Notes under the pieces: generated by a model
Seen by the model: the letters and a program-made list of their open reading frames with translations, nothing else
Databases searched by the model: none
What the model was told of the DNA's origin: nothing
Position numbers and translations under genes: made by a program
Virus record (IMG/VR): IMGVR_UViG_2872185964_000011
DNA: 40,519 nt
Direction: 5' to 3' (one strand)
Source: a virus
Lineage: Duplodnaviria; Heunggongvirae; Uroviricota; Caudoviricetes
Shown: positions 39,404-40,519 of the stretch, one piece after another
Layout: the number at the start of each line of letters is the position of its first letter
Numbering within the stretch: position 1 is the stretch's first letter

Positions 39404-40051
39404 CTATGAAGCTAATTTGTTTAATTTCATTTGTAGCGACTTTACTTCTTGGTCGATAATGTTGAATCCCTTATTGACTGCATCTCTTAGTTCTGCATCA
39501 ATATTTTTTATCCCTTGAGCATAATCTACCATTACATCTATTTTTTCATCATGTAATCTCTTATACATGGTTTTATCTTTGTTATTGTCAGCCATACCAA
39601 TAAGTATTTTTTCATAATCCTCAATGAGTTTGTTGTTTCCTTTAAATGATTGTATTAATGACCGTGAATATGTGTAGATATTAATTATTGAGTCTCTGGC
39701 AGAATCATTTAGTTTTGCAATGACATTCGCATTTTGCTCATAGAATGTGAAATTATCATCCCCTACAGGGAAAGTGAGAATTAATATCTGTCCGGGTTTG
39801 ATATTATCAATGTGTGTTTTCATCCTTTTATTATATAAATTGATTAGGGTGAAAACTTCTCCCTTAACACCTTTTAATACTGAAAGTTGCAATTCAAGGG
39901 ATTCTCTTTCTGTCTCTACTTTAGACAGCTTAGCTTGTTGGGTAACTCCTTTTAGGGTAAACCATCCGCCAATAAGAGTACCAACTAGAGCTGTGAGGGA
40001 GGAGGATAACCATCCAGGAATGCTATTTAAAAAATTACTAAATTCACTCAT
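39404..40051 (-). CDS. hypothetical membrane-anchored protein; cargo gene at the right end
   Basis: 215 aa; N-terminal hydrophobic helix (LSSSLTALVGTLIGGWFTL), then helical and globular segments; AT-rich; no family recognised. Confidence 0.55.
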   Translation of the reverse strand: MSEFSNFLNSIPGWLSSSLTALVGTLIGGWFTLKGVTQQAKLSKVETERESLELQLSVLKGVKGEVFTLINLYNKRMKTHIDNIKPGQILILTFPVGDDNFTFYEQNANVIAKLNDSARDSIINIYTYSRSLIQSFKGNNKLIEDYEKILIGMADNNKDKTMYKRLHDEKIDVMVDYAQGIKNIDAELRDAVNKGFNIIDQEVKSLQMKLNKLAS

Positions 40052-40076
40052 TATAAGTACTCGCTAATATTGAACG

Positions 40077-40086
40077 ATATATATAT
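40077..40086. repeat. (AT)5 dinucleotide repeat 26-35 nt upstream of the 39404-40051 gene start
   Basis: atatatatat read directly. Confidence 0.7.
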
Positions 40087-40188
40087 CAAATTATTATAAA
40101 ACTCGTCAGCTACTGGAGAAGGCTACCTGAACTTCGATCTATTCCTGCATCCATATAGTTGATGGTCTTCTGGAGCTCTTCGATTAGG

Positions 40189-40519
40189 GGTGATGCTGCC
40201 AACTTACTGATTTAGTGTATGATGGTGTTTTTGAGGTGCTCCAGTGGCTTCTGTTTCTATCAGCTGTCCCTCCTGTTCAGCTACTGACGGGGTGGTGCGT
40301 AACGGCAAAAGCACTGCCGGACATCAGCGCTATCTCTGCTCTCACTGCCGTAAAACATGGCAACTGCAGTTCACTTACACCGCTTCTCAACCCGGTACGC
40401 ACCAGAAAATTATTGATATGGCCATGAATGGCGTTGGATGCCGGGCAACTGCACGCATTATGGGCGTTGGCCTCAACACGGTTTTACGTCACTTAAAAAA
40501 CTCAGGCCGCAGTCGGTAA
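40189..40519 (+). mobile_element. IS1 insertion sequence, left end and insA (partial; continues beyond window)
   Basis: starts GGTGATGCTGCCAACTTACTGATTTAGTGTATGATGGTG, the IS1 terminal inverted repeat as I recall it. Confidence 0.9.
40244..40519 (+). CDS. insA: IS1 InsA protein
   Basis: 91-aa product [43 protein letters not shown]... matches InsA. Confidence 0.9.
   Translation: MASVSISCPSCSATDGVVRNGKSTAGHQRYLCSHCRKTWQLQFTYTASQPGTHQKIIDMAMNGVGCRATARIMGVGLNTVLRHLKNSGRSR

Noticed and set aside
580-40188. Mu-like transposable phage, suggested by the baseplate gene order and invertase remnant
   Set aside because: No transposase or transposition ATPase genes are present; the element has a tyrosine integrase, excisionase-like gene and cI/cro switch.

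Overview
The window is a near-complete temperate phage genome (about 39.6 kb, roughly 580-40188) sitting next to the host ferredoxin gene yfhL (1-261) and bounded on the right by a partial IS1 copy (40189-end). All calls come from reading the sequence and the supplied ORF translations; family names are from memory and no database search or computation was run. Left to right: integrase and a small excisionase-like gene; a leftward early operon with a replication module (SNF2-type helicase, VRR-NUC protein, family-A DNA polymerase, SSB-like protein, PD-(D/E)XK nuclease) interrupted by three accessory genes; a cI/cro-type switch; then rightward a primase/VirE-like protein, a GTAC-core repeat array around a (TA)7 tract, a Q-like antiterminator, a lambda-like lysis cassette (holin, R-type endolysin, Rz with embedded Rz1), terminase, portal, head genes, contractile-tail and baseplate genes with a two-gene moron, tail fibre and assembly protein, and finally AT-rich cargo (hexapeptide acetyltransferase, a DNA-invertase 3' remnant, a membrane-anchored protein). 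The best candidate for an undescribed system is the TIR-like domain gene at 4975-5736, which has its own terminator and sits inside the replication operon next to two AT-rich antisense membrane-protein genes. The other candidates are the tail-cluster moron (33212-33888) and the right-end cargo (38564-40086). An important caveat: at least 13 large genes have broken reading frames, every one in the same direction (restored by adding one base, mostly at short homopolymers), which looks like systematic deletion errors in the assembly rather than gene decay; apparent pseudogenes here should not be over-interpreted.
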